Shown in pieces: positions 61,607-64,000 of a stretch of 64,000 bases of DNA. The notes beneath the pieces are model-generated. The model was not told the DNA's origin. It worked only from the letters and a program-made list of their open reading frames with translations, and made no database searches. Made by a program: the position numbers and the translations under genes. Positions within the stretch are counted from its first letter, which is position 1, and each line of letters begins with the position of its first letter. Origin of the DNA: Styela clava (lineage: Eukaryota); assembly GCF_964204865.1 (NCBI RefSeq), contig NC_135253.1, positions 14,136,001-14,200,000 of the forward strand, read 5' to 3'.

Positions 61607-64000
61607 ATTCCTACAAGTACTACAAGTACAATAATTCCACACTCCAAATTAAATGAGTCGCTTTTTCACTCAAAAGTCACGTCAAACGTTATCATAAATA
61701 AGCAGAGACATCTAGTTTTTGCTCCTGAAATTACTATTAGATACATGATAGCTTCAATCGACAGGTTCACAATAACAAATCGGTCGCCATTTTACTGAAT
61801 ATGCTTGATTACGGCGACTTTTGAAATGTACCAATGGCCTAGTCATAAATATATGTATAAGCTCAGAAAATTCTATTACTCGTGTCTAACAACAGAAAAG
61901 GTTAAGCCCAACTTGAAAGCATTTTTACAGATCTGAAGCAAAGCATTATTTGTTTGATCGAACATGACGAGAACACGTGATTGCCAAATCATATCATTAA
62001 TATTAGCATAACTTTTAGATCTTTCTTGCAACATACATCCAAGTTAATATAAAAAAGAAAATCCTAAATCTTATATCTATATCGTTAAAATATCCTCAAT
62101 TGAACAGCGTACTGAATACTTTTTGCTTCCAGTCTTTACTGTGACCCTATAAACGTAAAGAACCAGAAAACTAAATTCTCAATTTCACAATCTCGTGATT
62201 TAGATTATTTTTAGGCGTAACAAGGCGTAACAAACCCCGAAGCTATTGTGTGATATTTTCACTTAGCATACACGCGAGAACCGAATAATAATCTGAGTGT
62301 GTGACTAATGCTGGCTAAAACATGGCAATCCGTAATAGTTTTATAATATCATGATTTCCAAAAGAAATTGCTCCGCTGAAATTGTTCTACACGAAAAGAC
62401 CACAATCTAATAAATTATATTAGATTCATTAGATTTTATTGGAATTTTCCAATAAAATACATTAGGCATATAATTCAGCATATTATGTTAATATTGTCGC
62501 AGTATTAAAATAAGATGTCTTTTTTCAATGCCACAGTTAATTAAAAAAATCACTTTAATGTTGTTTGAATGTGGATTCCAACTGTTAAAATTATTTCAAG
62601 CTTATTTGAACTCATCAATTCCAAAGTTTGAATAACGCTTTAGTTCTGTCAAGTCAAATTGTATTTTAGCTACATATATAACTAATCCTTAATTTTGACT
62701 GAAGGAATTAACCAAATCTTATTTGCAAGTTCACCCAGCCCAAAATATAAATTTGATAAAAACGTTTATTTGTTTAATATTTCTTCCGAAATTCGCAAAT
62801 GAAATAACCAACATGATTTAGTAATGAGGTAGTATTTGTGTAGCTGACAACTTCAAACTTGCCCTTAGTTTGTTATTTAATTTTGTATCCGGCTGAATAA
62901 CATGTTAGCGAGCTTGGCGATTACTTATTGTAGCTTTTTGAAATTCTTTTTCCACGTTGGAATTTTATCTCCTTAAAATATCACCTCTCTTGTTCTCTTA
63001 GTTTCTTGACGTTTTCTTAGGATTTCATTTTACTTACTAAAAGTCCATCAATGTCAAAGAGTGAGAGCATTGAACGGTAGCACAGCACAAATATTGACTG
63101 CAATAAAATTGTTACTCGATACAAAAGCCGATTTCGTTTTACTGGCCGTAACTGTGCACTTTATACAATTCTCAACATAACAAATATCCCGTCAAGAGCT
63201 ATTAACGTATTGTACTTTTAAAAAATACACAAATTCAACTAAGATAAACAGAAATAAATAGAATATTCTTATTACAGCTTTCTCTGGAAAAATTATCATG
63301 GAACATTTTATCAAAGAATATAATTTTACGAGAGGCTTTTGCTGCGAGCAAGACCTTGGCCAGCAGAGAAGGAGCTAGCTACTATATTTTAAGAGTACGG
63401 GTATCTTTAGGATTCGTTATCAAATATGTTGCATCAGACGTCAGGGATTTGTATTTTATATATTTTTACTTTCGATGTTTTAACTGATCGCAAAGTCTGC
63501 TACAATCAACAGATTCATATGTTGTTTATATTTCATAACTTCAAAAACTATATTACGTTAAAAATCACAGACATAGTTTTGGTTTTTTAAGCAGTAATAT
63601 TCTAAAACAAATAGTGACATGCTTGAAATGCATTGAGTGCACGCACAGTGTGTGACACTACAACACGGACAACTGGATAAAAATTGTTTACCGGGCTGAA
63701 ACTGTACATAAACAAGGCTTCCCTTGTTTTCGAGCATGAATCACATGTAGATAACATACGTAAAAGCAAAAACTGATGATTCAAAAATATGAGTTGCATG
63801 GCTAAGACATTATTGGAGTTAAAAGTCACCAAAAACGATATAAGTACTTTGCATAATAAAATTAAATTCAGGTTTAAGGCCAAACTGCGGCCTATATCTG
63901 GCACAGAATGGTTTCCGATCGGATTACGCAACAATAAATAATAAAAAAAATTGAGTTACCAAAATAAAATCAACTGAAAATTTCAAGTTATACTCAAATA

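Overview
AT-rich, intron-containing metazoan DNA; an ascidian/tunicate origin is plausible from gene and repeat style but is inference only. 1-13 kb is mostly decayed transposons: an RLE-clade (R2/NeSL-like) non-LTR RT fragment, a decayed hAT transposase, hAT- and P-type MITEs, and an inverted ~420-bp repeat. I hand-assembled three protein-coding genes, checking GT-AG boundaries and phase at every junction. (1) + strand 13983-46231, 11 coding exons, ~1558 aa: an IkB/BCL3-type six-ankyrin N-terminus with no DSGxxS degron, spliced in frame to a ~1280-aa low-complexity tail carrying PLDLS, three SUMO consensus sites, SIM-like and NLS-like motifs and a duplicated PQEPFVS motif; its introns contain kB and AP-1 sites. 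(2) - strand 47903-49381: an intronless CYP2-clan P450 with Ile in place of the conserved I-helix Thr. (3) - strand 52095-59093, 9 coding exons, ~618 aa: a Kir channel with GIRK-like signatures but eroded PIP2-binding and cytoplasmic polyamine-binding residues. A 35-bp hairpin with a perfect 8-bp TSD at 15860-15894 looks like a P-element excision footprint. The giant degron-less IkB-like protein is the best candidate for an undescribed system; the exon 6-7 join is its least certain part. No database searches were run.
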